A stretch of 64,000 nucleotides of DNA from the human T2T-CHM13v2.0 reference genome, Homo sapiens. Both the position numbers and the translations under genes were made by a program. The notes beneath the pieces are model-generated. The model was not told the origin of the DNA, made no database searches, and saw only the letters and a program-made list of their open reading frames with translations. Where the stretch lies: assembly GCF_009914755.1 (NCBI RefSeq), contig NC_060930.1; one strand, 5' to 3'. Positions 50,471 through 62,571 of this stretch are shown one piece after another (positions within the stretch are counted from its first letter, which is position 1; every line of letters begins with the position of its first letter).

Positions 50471-53400
50471 TGTCTTCTTCTGTTATTCATATTTTTATTC
50501 CCAATGCTACCCAGTCCCTAGCACAGAGCAGATGCTCAATAAGTGTTGGATTGAAGAGTGAATGAAAGCCCAAAGCATTTCCACCACCAGCACTCACCCA
50601 CCTCCTTATATCTCAACCTTCACAGCAGGAGATTTACTGCCCAGACTAAAATTAAATTACATTGCTTTTCTTAACTACACACTGACGAACTTGTGAAAGG
50701 AGACAGCTCAAAAATATGCTATGTGGCAAGGGAATATCAGTGCAGAACTAAGTTCCTCACACATAACCCACTAAGTGGTATTTGAGAGTTGGCTATATTT
50801 GATAACACATACTTAGATCCAAATATCTCAAGACCTTCATGAAATATTCATAGCTTTATGTTCATGAAATCCTCATTGCAATTCATAAATACTAACAACA
50901 ATATTTTACCAAGAGAAAAAAATGCTTATAAAATTAAGTGATATGATTTGACAAAGGCCTGTCAGTAAATCTTTGGCTAAGACTGAAATAGATGCTGTAA
51001 ATCTAACTATGTAGTCTCAAGAGGGAAGAATGAGTTTTCTCTCACGACCTCACCATCTCTGCTTAGCTACGTTTTTTTTTCTTCCAGGTTCCCTTTCTTC
51101 TTTTTTTCCATGGGATCCCATTTCTACCCTATGCCAAACACAGGAAAGAATGAAGTAGAGAAAATGGAACAATCCCTGCAGAAGTCAGAAAGCAGAAAAT
51201 TCCTCAATTCCTCAGAGAACATTCACCCTTTCCTTTTCTGCTGCCTTCATATTCCCCTGCAACTACTTAGTAGTTATAAAAGTGTTACTGAAAGCTTACT
51301 CTGTAGGTAAATCAAATGTTCTCCTAAATAGGCCCAAAACCAAAACTTTCTTTGCCCAGCAGTGTCTCAGAACCATATTGGGATTCTAACATTCCACATA
51401 TTTGCATCTATTTTTACCCCCAGAAAAAATAAGACAAACCAGATATGAAGTCAACTTTCCATTGACATTTTTTCCAGCATTAACCAAGTAGTACTTTTCT
51501 TTCTTAAAATCTTCTTGCTATCAGGACACATGGACATGAGACTGCCAGAATTTAACCAAGCAATGTCAAAAATGTGAGAAAATATAATTGTATCATTTGT
51601 GCAGAAAAAGTACAGAAATTTTTCTACATCTTCATCTCATTAGAAATTTGTTTATCAGGATAGAATGAACCTGAAGGACATAATTCTTCTTTATTGGACA
51701 CATTGATTTATAATCCTAATATTGAGTAGATAATAAAGTACAGATCAACTAGTTTTCAGATCCACCAAAAAGTATCTATGGAATTTAGACAGTCTTAAAG
51801 TGTTAACACAAAATCAATATTTGACATATTAATATACTTAAATTTTATGCTGAAATGCATTAAGGGTTTAATGGAAGAAAATAAAATTATTCTAAGGTTC
51901 CAAATTAAGTAGAGTTAATGCCACAAACAACATATCATTTTCACTGTTTCCTGATGTAAAAGTTCTAAAGCACAGCGGGAAAAAAATTGTGCAGTTTTTC
52001 ACTGGTGTAATAATTTAAGACTCCTATGATTGAAAAAATTGAACTATGATTAGTTGTCAGTTTTGAGTTAGTATTAAAAATGTTTTACTTTTTGTGTTAA
52101 TAATAATTCAAATGCCTGTAATTTAAAAAAATTAATTTCACAGAGGTCTATTCATATTTCTTTGTTAAAAGAGTGAATAAGCAAAGAAAGAGAGCAAAGA
52201 TATATAAAGAGCATTTCAACGCATTTGAAATATAATTGGGCATGTGGGAAGATCTTCAATATGCATCATAAAAACACATATAAAAATAAGAACTGAAATA
52301 TTAGAATCTCTATAGTAAAAAAGGAAAATCCATGAGGGCTATATGCTATTAACTCTGTTTTGGTGAGGAATACTCAGTTATTTTGATAATTAGAGTTTGG
52401 TGAGTCATGAACTGTGTAATTTTGCATTTTTTCTAAAATGTAGGGCACTGTGTTGTAATCTATAATCAATGCCTTCATTGCAGATCTGAGCATAGGTACT
52501 TAAAATTAAGGGAGCACATTTTCAGTATTTTTTAATGCACTGAATATGATATCAGAATTTTAGATTATTTCTAAAGTCCTTTTCTTTTTTCTTCTAATCA
52601 TAAAGTGTTTGGCAGCAATCTGGGCCCCCATCTGCTGATCAGCTTGAGAACTCCTGAAATTAATTTATCTGTTGCTCTAATTTTTGCTATTACTTGATGT
52701 TGGTACCCATCCCCATTTGCACAACATTGCACATCATACATGTTTTACAATAATATTTGTAATGTGCAGCCATAAAATCAAATCTTGAATTTTATCTTTG
52801 CAATTCTCTAAATTAGGCACCATAAGTTTCTCTAAAATACAGGGAAAAAACAACTCGAGACAACCTTATTTATGCCATTTCTTTAGGATTTAGAGAGTCT
52901 ATGAAGCAGACTCATTTGAAGAAAAATGCCCCTTGAATTACTAAATATCCCTTGCTTGTTATTATTTTTGTTTCCGAGTTTCATTCCATAAGAGGAAAGA
53001 GCTTCTGATAGCCTGACTACATGATCTCCAAGGTTCCTATCAGTTCTAAAATTCTGCAGTTCTATGAAAATAGATTGATGAAGATAATGCCCAAGGAAGA
53101 TTTTATTGCAAGATCACTTCTGTCTGACTCAGCCCCCAAAACTTAGGGTTTGAACTAAGGATATGTTAAAGCCAAATAAGAACACTTCTGCATTATTCAT
53201 AAGCCAATTAACCAGATAAAAGAAGAAACATTTCTCCAAAGACTTTGATGATATGTTTTCTTAAAATAGCCTTGCTTTTCTTTGTTTTGTTTTTCCTTCC
53301 TTTTCCCTTTTATTTTTTCTTATAATTGCATTATTTGGGATGATTCAAATATCTTCTCTCTGACACATTAAAACTTCAGCTTCTTGTTACCTCTTTGACA

Positions 53401-54540
53401 CTGTTTTAACATATTCCAATTGATTTCATACTTCATCTGCAATAAGCCATATTGTTTCAATTAGACCTAACATCCACATTCAAGAAAAATGAAAAGATAT
53501 TTTACTTGGATTTAGTTGAATTTTTTCTTTTTTTACCTCTTTCTCTAGTCTAGATAAAACATATTTCTAAAGAAAAGCAAACTGCTTACTCTCAGAATAT
53601 TAGCAAACTAGATTAATGTTTGGGAAACAGGTAAGAAAATGTCACCATGAAACTCTTATATGGTTAGTCCTGGAATAGGAGATGTATTCGTTCAAAATAC
53701 GTTTTTACTATATTCCAGGCTTAAATTCCCCTAAGGCAAAGAAATTTTGTTTAACAAAGAAGGCCTATATTATGCAATCCATACAAATTCAATAAGCAAG
53801 ATAGCAGTTAGTTATTCTTTCAGATTTGAGTCACCAATCGTTCGTACATTATTCTATGTATTCTATTTTGGCCAAAATAACCTCTGGCAATCATTTATAG
53901 AGCATTCAAATGAGACCTAGTCTCTCCCATTTTTAGAAACACAAACACACACACACACACATTCTCTGAATTTCAAATCCACAGTTAGTTATGTCTCCTC
54001 TCACCTTCACAGCTCCATGTTGGAAAAAGTTGTCAGTCCAATAAATGTTGCCCCCAACCTCATATCTCTCACTTGTGCCTCAACCCACTGCAGTCTACTG
54101 TTGATCCCACTTGTCAGGTGAAGATGCTCTTCTTTAGGGCCTCCACGTTGCCAAAAGCTAACAGCAGTCTTTAGTTAACATCTCAAATTAAATGTTTCAT
54201 GACATCTTAAACTGATTAACTAACAAGCTCCTATGATCACCACTACCCACCAGCTTCCTTTCTGTAGTCCCATATTTTAATTACTCCTGGAGGACATCCT
54301 TGATACATAATTCTTCCTGGCCCACATAGCCAAACAGTTGGCAAGTTCTGCTATTTCCACCTCCAAATGTCTCACGTGCATCATTGTTTTCATTATCTCC
54401 TGCCTTCCACTAAGCTGACCCACTATTACCTCTCTCCCAGACAATCCATCCTCCTAAATTATCTCTCCATATCCATTCTTATCCTCATCGAAGCCATACT
54501 TTAAATAAAATAATATTTTAAGGTCCAAATTAGGTCATAT

Positions 54541-56129
54541 TGTGTCCGGAATTGGTGGGTTCTTGGTCTCACTGACTTGAAGAATGAAGCCACGGACCCC
54601 CGCGGTGAGTGTTACAGTTCTTAAAGGCAGCACGTCCGCATGTCTGGAGTTTGTTCCTTCTGATGTTCGGATGTGTTCAGAGTTTCTTCCTTCTGGTGGG
54701 TTCGTGGTCTCGCTGGCTCAGGAGTGAAGCTGCGGACCTTCGCGGTGTGTGTTACAGCTTTTAAGGTGGCGCGTCTGGAGTTGTCCGTTCCTCCCTGTGG
54801 GTTCGTGGTGTCACTGGCTTCAGGAGTGAAGCTGCAGACCTTCGTGGTGGGTGTTACAGCTCATAAAGGCAGTGTGGACCCAAAGAGTAAGCAGCTGCAA
54901 GATTTATTGCAAAGAGCGAAAGAACAAAGCCACCACAGTGTGGAAGGGGACCCAAGTGGGTTGGCACTGCTGGCTCCAGCAGCCTGCTTTTATTCTCTTA
55001 TCTGGCCCCACCCACATCCTGCTGACTGGTCCATTTTACAGAGAGCCGATTGGTCTGTTTTACAGAGCTGATTGGTCCGTTTTGACAGGGTGCTGATTGG
55101 TGCGTTTACAATCCCTGAGCTAGACACAAAAGTTCTCCACATCCCCACTAGATAAGCTGGATACAGAGTGTCCCCACAAAGGTTCTCCAAGTCCCCACCA
55201 GAGTAGCTAGATACAGAGTGTCCATTGGTGCATTCACAAACCCTGAGCTAGACACAGGGTGCTGATTGGTGTGTTTACAAACCTTGAGCTAGATACAGAG
55301 TGCCGATTGGTGTATTTACAATCCCTTAGCTAGACATAAAGGTTTTCCAAGTCCCCACCAGAGTAGCTAGATACAGAGTGTCCATTGGTGCATTCACAAA
55401 CCCTGAGCTAGACACAGGGTGCTGATTGGTGTGTTTACAAACCTTGAGCTAAATACAGAGTGCCAATTGGTGTATTTACAATCCCTTTGCTACACATAAA
55501 GGTTCTCCAAGTCCCCCCCAGACTCAGGAGCCCAGCTGGCTTCACCATGCGGATCCCGCACCAGGGCTGCAGGTGGAGCTGCCTGCCAGTCCTGTGCCCT
55601 GCACCCGCACTCCTCAGCCCTTGGGTGGTCAATGGGACTGGGCGCCCTGGAGCAGGGGGCGGCGCTCCTCTAGGAGGCTCCGGCAGCACAGGAGCCCACG
55701 GCGGGGAGGGGAGGCTCAAGCATGGCAGGCTGCAGGTACCCAGCCCTGTCCCGCAGGGAGGCAGCTAAGGCCCAGCGAGAAGTCGAGCACAGCAGCTGCT
55801 GGCCCAGGTGCTAAGCCCCTCACTGCCCGGGGTGGGCGGGGCCGGCTGGCAGCTCGGAGTGTGGGGCCCACCGAGCCCACGCCCACCCGGAACTCGTGGT
55901 GGCCCGCAAGCGCCACGCGCAGCCCCAGTTCCCGCCCGTGCCTCTCCCTCCACGCCTCCCCGCAAGCTGAGGGAGCCGGCTCTGGCCTCGGCCAGCCCAG
56001 GAAGGGGCTCCCACAGTGCAGTGGCGGGCTGAAGGGCTCCTCAAGCACGGCCAGAGTGGGCGCCAAGGCCGAGGAGGCGCTGAGAGCAAGCGAGGGCTGT
56101 GAGGGCTGCCAGCACACTGTCACCTCTCA
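54541..56129 (-). mobile_element. Solo ERV9 LTR (LTR12C-type)
   Basis: TGTGTCCGGAATTGGTGGG...CACTGTCACCTCTCA is the reverse complement of a full LTR12. 4-bp TSD ATAT at 54537-54540 and 56130-56133. TATA-like TTTATT at 54989-54994. Confidence 0.96.
55178..55497. repeat. Two tandem ~160-bp U3 enhancer blocks within LTR12
   Basis: AAAGGTT(C/T)TCCAAGTCCCCACCAGAGTAGCTAGATACAGAGTGTCCATTGG... is repeated with period 160. Confidence 0.9.
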
Positions 56130-57432
56130 ATATTAACAATTTCAAGGTTTTCAGTGACTGCCCAGTGGGATTAAGATTCTGATTATTAATCTCAACTATA
56201 CGAACCTCTATGATTGGGACTGGACATGCCTGGCCATCCTTAATGTGAGTACTTTCCCCCTCACTCCCACACTCCCATCAAACTGGGTCTATGTCTTTGC
56301 CATGCATACCTTCAGACTAGAGGTACTTAATAAGCTTTTCATCCTTAAGACCACAGGTAAACACCACTTTCTTCATTTTTCCCCAACCCCCAGGACCAGT
56401 TAGGAGTATTTGTTATTCACTCCCACAGCATCCCACATTTCTCCTCTATAATACTCAGCATAACCTACTTAAGTACTTTTTGTGTGACTTTTGTTTAACT
56501 TCCATATGTTGCAGGATACTATTTTAAGATATTAGCTAATGTTTTTCCCAGGTATTTTCTGTTATGCTTTAGTCCTCCCACTTTGGACTACTAGACTATG
56601 AGGCTCTATCATCTAAAGGGAGGATTATTACGGTTGAAAAATAGGAAAACACAAGTCAAATTCTTGTCGTTAGAGTTTTAAAATCCAAGGCTTTTGAAAT
56701 GAATTTATCAGTCTTCTGGTCCACCCCACCTAAGTTCAGCATCATAAAAGACTAAAGATTCAAGTGCAAAGGGAAGAATGGAGTTAAAGGAACATTCACA
56801 GTTTGGTAAGCCCTGCTCTACAATGTGAAGAGGAAGAATGGGAGGACTTCTGGGTGAGGTGGGGGAATCTGAGAGCAGAGGGTACCTATGTTCATTCCCG
56901 AGTAGAGACTGAGAGGAGGAAAGCTTCCAAGTACTTTCTCACATATGGCATGGTAGAGGGGAGAAGAGCTCCTGGTTGTGGGAGCATTTAGGCAGAGGGG
57001 TTGAATTCTTCCTTTGGACTACATAAGGATATAGAAATGGATTAGAAAGAGTTGAGGCCACATTCACTTCAATTGGGAGAGAAGACATCTCAGCAGATAG
57101 TCACATAGACAGGTAATGACATGATACTGGCACCAGACAATTCCTCCTGCCCCAAAGCCTTAACATGCTAAAGGCACATAGCACTTAGGGAAAAATGCTA
57201 GAAATAACATTTATTTTCCAATACCTGGCAGAATTAAGATTTTAAGTAGATAATGTGTTATTCAGAAATTGGGTGTGCCAGTCTCTAGAAATAGAGATTA
57301 GACATCACAGTTTCTTAAATAGCATAGCATTTCAGCCCTCCAATACTAGAATTCCTGAGGTCAGCAATCCAAGGATGGCATGGCAACTTCCCTTTCATCA
57401 ATGACCCACACCCTACTTAGAAGTGACTTCCG

Positions 57433-57798
<366 letters not shown>

Positions 57799-58354
57799 TT
57801 AAGACTTAACAAAGGAGAAAAAGACAAAGAACGGCCCATGCCAGCTGTTTACCATACAAAGTCTTCCTAGAAGTCCTGCAAACCAACTTTCTCTTACATA
57901 TCTTTCGCAACCTCTAGCTGCAAAAGAGGGAGGGCAGTGTGATCTTTCAGCTGGTTCTGCTACTAAGGAGGAAAGTGAGAATGGATCCTTAGACGATAAT
58001 TTAATTCTTAGGAGGAAAACAAGAAGGTAAAAAGTGTGCATGTAGGTTTGTGAGCTAAGATTCACATGCCCAGTTGGTCTCCCCTGATAGTAAGCTTAGA
58101 GAAAAACAGGGTGTATTTCTCTGTTAACAATTATATCCAAACATTTAGTTCAATACTTCTACTTAGTAAGCAATCAATATATGCTGAATGAATAAATATA
58201 ATAATTAATGAAGAAGAAATGGATAACTGAGTACTTGTGACCTTCCACCACTCAGCTTCACTTAGAGTTTGTTTTATCACAGTGCAACAGCCTTTAGTGC
58301 TACTTAGTGAGTATTTCTGGAGAGCTCTATGTCTGGGTACATGGTAAGATTGTA

Positions 58355-58590
58355 TATCCATCATTCCTTGTGTCTGGGTGAAGCCACGTAATTGTGGCCA
58401 ATGAGTGGGAGCACAAGAGACGTGTATCTTTTGGGCCCAAGGATGGAACTGCCAACATGAGATCCGCTAGAGCTTTCGTTCCTACTGCCACAGCAACCAA
58501 CAACGTCTAAGCTGGAGGTTTCTCCATTAGCCTGGGACTCTGAGAAAGGTGACATGAAGCAGATGATCTGCAGTAAATGGCATCAGCAAG
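58355..58590 (+). mobile_element. Old MaLR LTR fragment (MLT1H/I-like)
   Basis: TGGCCAATGAGTGGGAGCAC...CTGCCACAGCAACC...CTCCATTAGCCTGGGACTCTGAG. Confidence 0.55.
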
Positions 58591-61500
58591 ATCATATCCC
58601 CTGGATTCACAGACTTACTTTCTTCATCATACAAATGCAAACTCTTAACATAGTCAACTGAGGAGACATTTCACGTGCTATGAACACATTGAATTTATAT
58701 TTTAGATCCACAATCAACTTGACTTCTGAAACAGTTGACTTTTAAAAGTCAGGGTAAAAATAATCACTTTGATATAATTATCATAATAAATCCAGTGTGA
58801 ATAAAAATAGAATACATAGGGCAAAATATAATTTCAAGAAAAACCATTGCCTTAATATTTTAAAGAATACAGAAATAAAAATGTTTAAAAATTGTAAGTA
58901 GTTACATTTGAATCTGGGTAAATAATAGCATTATAACAAGTGGTACAATTAAAAGAGGTCTTCTTTAATCCCTGTTGCTACATATAAATTAGTCATATGT
59001 AATATGTGTCACATGTAACTGTACAATATAAATATTAAAGAATACAATATAAAAACATGCATGTTTTTAAGAGAAAAATCTCACTGTGGTAGCTTTAAAG
59101 TATACAAATCTGGCTAATTGATTTTATTTCTTATTTTTTGAATCAATAATTAAATATAGATTTTGAAAATTGATTAAAAGCTATGATATATTTCTACTCT
59201 GAAATTTTGTGGACCATAAAAATTAAATGTAACTTGGTTAATACCAAGCAGTTTTCTTTTTCACAAATAGTATAATTGAAGCCTCTATTCTAAAATATCA
59301 GAAAATCATTATAAAGCAATATTTAGTTTCTTCCAAACAGGGCAGTTTTAGTTGCTTTTAACCACTTTTTCCCAACATACAACTTCTGGTTATTAGGTAA
59401 TATGACTTGAATCCTCTGCATGGTAATACTTCCAACTGGACACTTGAGGTGTGTTTGAGATATAGCACCCTTTTCTGGAAAAGCTGATTATTCTCCATGA
59501 AAATGAAAAAGATGTTACATTGACGTCTGTTGCTTCAAATGAATAATAGATAAATTAACTACCTAGGCAAGAAGAGTAAATGGAAATAATTGGGCATCTC
59601 TTTTCTTGTAATTTAATCTTATAACATCTCTGTAGATAGTGTCATCTGAATGTAGATTGAAGCTAAACTTGTTAAGGCTTTTGAAATTCAGGGTTTATAT
59701 ACTACTTTGTTCTCCAGTATATTTCTAAATTTCATAAATAACTTGAGAGGCCTACTAACATCACTTTCTTAACAAAAGCAGAGAAAAATCTAAGAGTTTA
59801 GTGGGGGAATGTAGGCAGTAAGAGGATAACACTGAAAATTAAGATATGAATTTAAAAGATTTTTAGATACTTTCCAGCATTTTTTTGATCCTATGACACT
59901 GAATATTTGCATCATGTTGAAGATTATAGACTGAATCTTCTACATAATAATTCCAGAAAAAACAAGAATCAAACATTGTCAGATCAGCCCACTGGCAATT
60001 CCAATACCCAGGTGTACAAACCTCATTTACTTTTACTTTAAGAATGGCCTTTCTCTTGAATTAAATGATGATGCAATTTGAATAAGGTACCCAAATCATC
60101 ACCATTCTAGCTCACATAATGTGTCTTTTTAAAGAATCATAATGAGTCACCAATGACACAATACCAGAAAGGCTATTTGGTTCAGAAATCATATGCTCAA
60201 CCAGACCATGAAAAAAGTGATTGTAGGTATGGCATATGCTTAACAAACCATGGAACACCAGCTGGGCTCTGCTTCCTTCAGGAAGCTCCAGCTGGGTAGT
60301 GGTATGGCATCCTTCCAATGGCAACAGTTTCCTTTAGGCCTCCACAGAGTCGGAAGAGTTTGGGCCCCTCCTGGTTCATTAGATCCACATGGTCATCATA
60401 CAGATATTGTGGGTAGAAGCTGAGGGTGAGCCTAGCCTGATGTTACCCCACAGGCTAGTTCTTTGTTTGTCTTTTAAGTCAACCCATTCCCACAGCCAGT
60501 TTGCAGATTCCTGGTCACTCTGACTTTAACTTTGTTTTTGATGACAAAATATTCAGGTTCCACAACTATTCAGAGTCTACCCTGTGCCTCTTTTGACCTT
60601 AGGTAACTTAAATCTATTCCCTTATTTCCTTCCTTACCCTCTTTTTAAAAAAAAAGAAAAAGAAAAACTTAATGGAACATTGAATTTTCTTTATTGCAAA
60701 TTCTTAGGGTTTCTGTCAAAAGAGATTTGAAATACAACATGAAATGATGTACTCACATCCCTCACCACCATCTCCAAATAACTGAATTACATAAATAAAA
60801 CATTATATGAAAAGTGCTTTGCTACAATTTATGGGAGGTAAATTTAAGAAGAGCTGGCTCATTGTAGGAAAATTCAACTTATCTTTTCCTGATCCTTTTA
60901 TTTAATACAGGGAGAGAAATTTATGGCAGTTAAAAAAATCTATTACTGTTTCTCATAACTGAATCCATTATTTTTCTCCATGATCCATCAGGTAAAAACA
61001 AGAATAATAGATTGCTTTGACAGAACCTTGAACATAAATGTCCCCAAGAATCAAACACAGTAAGTTAAACGGGTATCAGGTGGTATTAAAACAGGAAAGG
61101 ATAAACTTCTTTTCATATTTCAAAATCAGATCTTACTTAAAAATTTATTATTATTAGCTACCAAAAAGAAACAAACTATATAGTGGCTGAATTTGCATAT
61201 TGAAATGGGAATATTTCTATTCATTTCTATATGTGCGCAAGAAAAATTAAACATGAAATGAATTCAAAGAAAAGGAACTATTTTCTTTCCATTTATGCTA
61301 ACTGGTTATTTATAATTTACTCCTTGATTGCATTAGACTAGATGACTTTAAATAAACAAGTTGTTCTATACACAGTCAACTAATTTGAAAGATTAGTGTT
61401 GATCTTATCTTAGAAATACTGTTTATAAAGGAATCAAGGGGTTCTATAATCTTTAGCTTCACATGACCCATTTAATTTCAAGGTCATCAGGAAAGTTTGG

Positions 61501-61879
61501 GTATATATGCACACATCTGCCTGGAATACACACACACACACACCATATAAACACACAAAAAAATAAATATATACACACTCAACATACCCGCATGTATATA
61601 TTTAGAGAGAGAGAAAGGAGGGAGATGAGGTGATGATGATGATAGATGGGTGGATAGATAAATACAGAGATAGATAATTCTAACCGTTAATTCACCTCAG
61701 GGAATGTTCTCCTTAATGAACACCTCTCCAGCATCTCATATTCTCTGCTTTTATTCAGATAAGCCAACCTCTCAACTTGTCTCTGAGGAAGGTGACCACA
61801 TTCCCAGATTCAGAGTCAGAACTTATTTTAATCCAATCAGCACATAACATTCACATTAAGCCTATTTTTGGTCCATGGC

Positions 61880-62205
61880 TGGGCATAGGACCCAAGTTTG
61901 CTGGAACACAAAAATGAAAATAATTTTTAATCCAAGCTTGGGATAGAGATTTCCCATTTTCTCTTGCCAGATGAGGAGAAGAGAACGCGGAACCCCAGTT
62001 TTGCCATTGATAGCCATCTGTGACCCTGGGAAGGAGGGCAATGCTGATGGCAGAGGGAGGCTTGGAAAGGACATGGGTCTTCGTTCACATTGAACTGCTA
62101 ATGATATTGTGCCTGGAGCCCTCCCTACTTCCTGTCTCCCAGTTAAAAGAGTTTACAAATTTACTTCTTGTTTAATCTACTTTGAATTTGGGTTTCTGTA
62201 ACTGT
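61880..62205 (+). mobile_element. Old MaLR LTR fragment (MLT1J/K/L-like)
   Basis: AGCCATCTGTGACC...GATGGCAGAG...CCTACTTCCTG...TTGTTTAATCTACTTTGAATTTGGGTTTCTGTAACT. Confidence 0.45.
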
Positions 62206-62571
62206 TTAGATAGGCGCTTCTCCTTTAAAGAAAGGCATGAGAATATACTCAAAATATTCTGCTTTCTCATGGCTTGTTTCATTCCTATTGCTTTACACTG
62301 GAAGATCTTTGAATATATATTTGATTTTGAAACCATCTTGGAAAAGTCTACCTAGTTATCTAATGAGACAGATAATTTGATACATGCATTGTTTAAAAAA
62401 ACAATAACTTTGTTACAAAGTTTAATTCAAACTTAAGATGAGTAAAAACCCTCTTATCCTACCAGACCAAAAAAAAAAAAAACTTTCATAACCAAGTTTG
62501 GACATTATTCCTAGCCTCTAGTTCTGAAATAGAGTTTGACCTATTTTGTAGTCCATTTAAAACTCTGGTCT

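Larger units (their letters stand above)
54020..56600 (+). mobile_element. L2 relic, split by the second LTR12
   Basis: Pyrimidine-rich L2-like sequence on both sides of the LTR (GCAAGTTCTGCTATTTCCACCTCCAAA; CACTATTACCTCTCTCCCAGAC; CTAGACTATGAGGCTC). Confidence 0.45.

Noticed and set aside
16453-56129. The two LTR12s as ends of one ERV9 provirus or composite element
   Set aside because: They are in opposite orientation, each has its own TSD, and there is no PBS, gag, pol or env between them.
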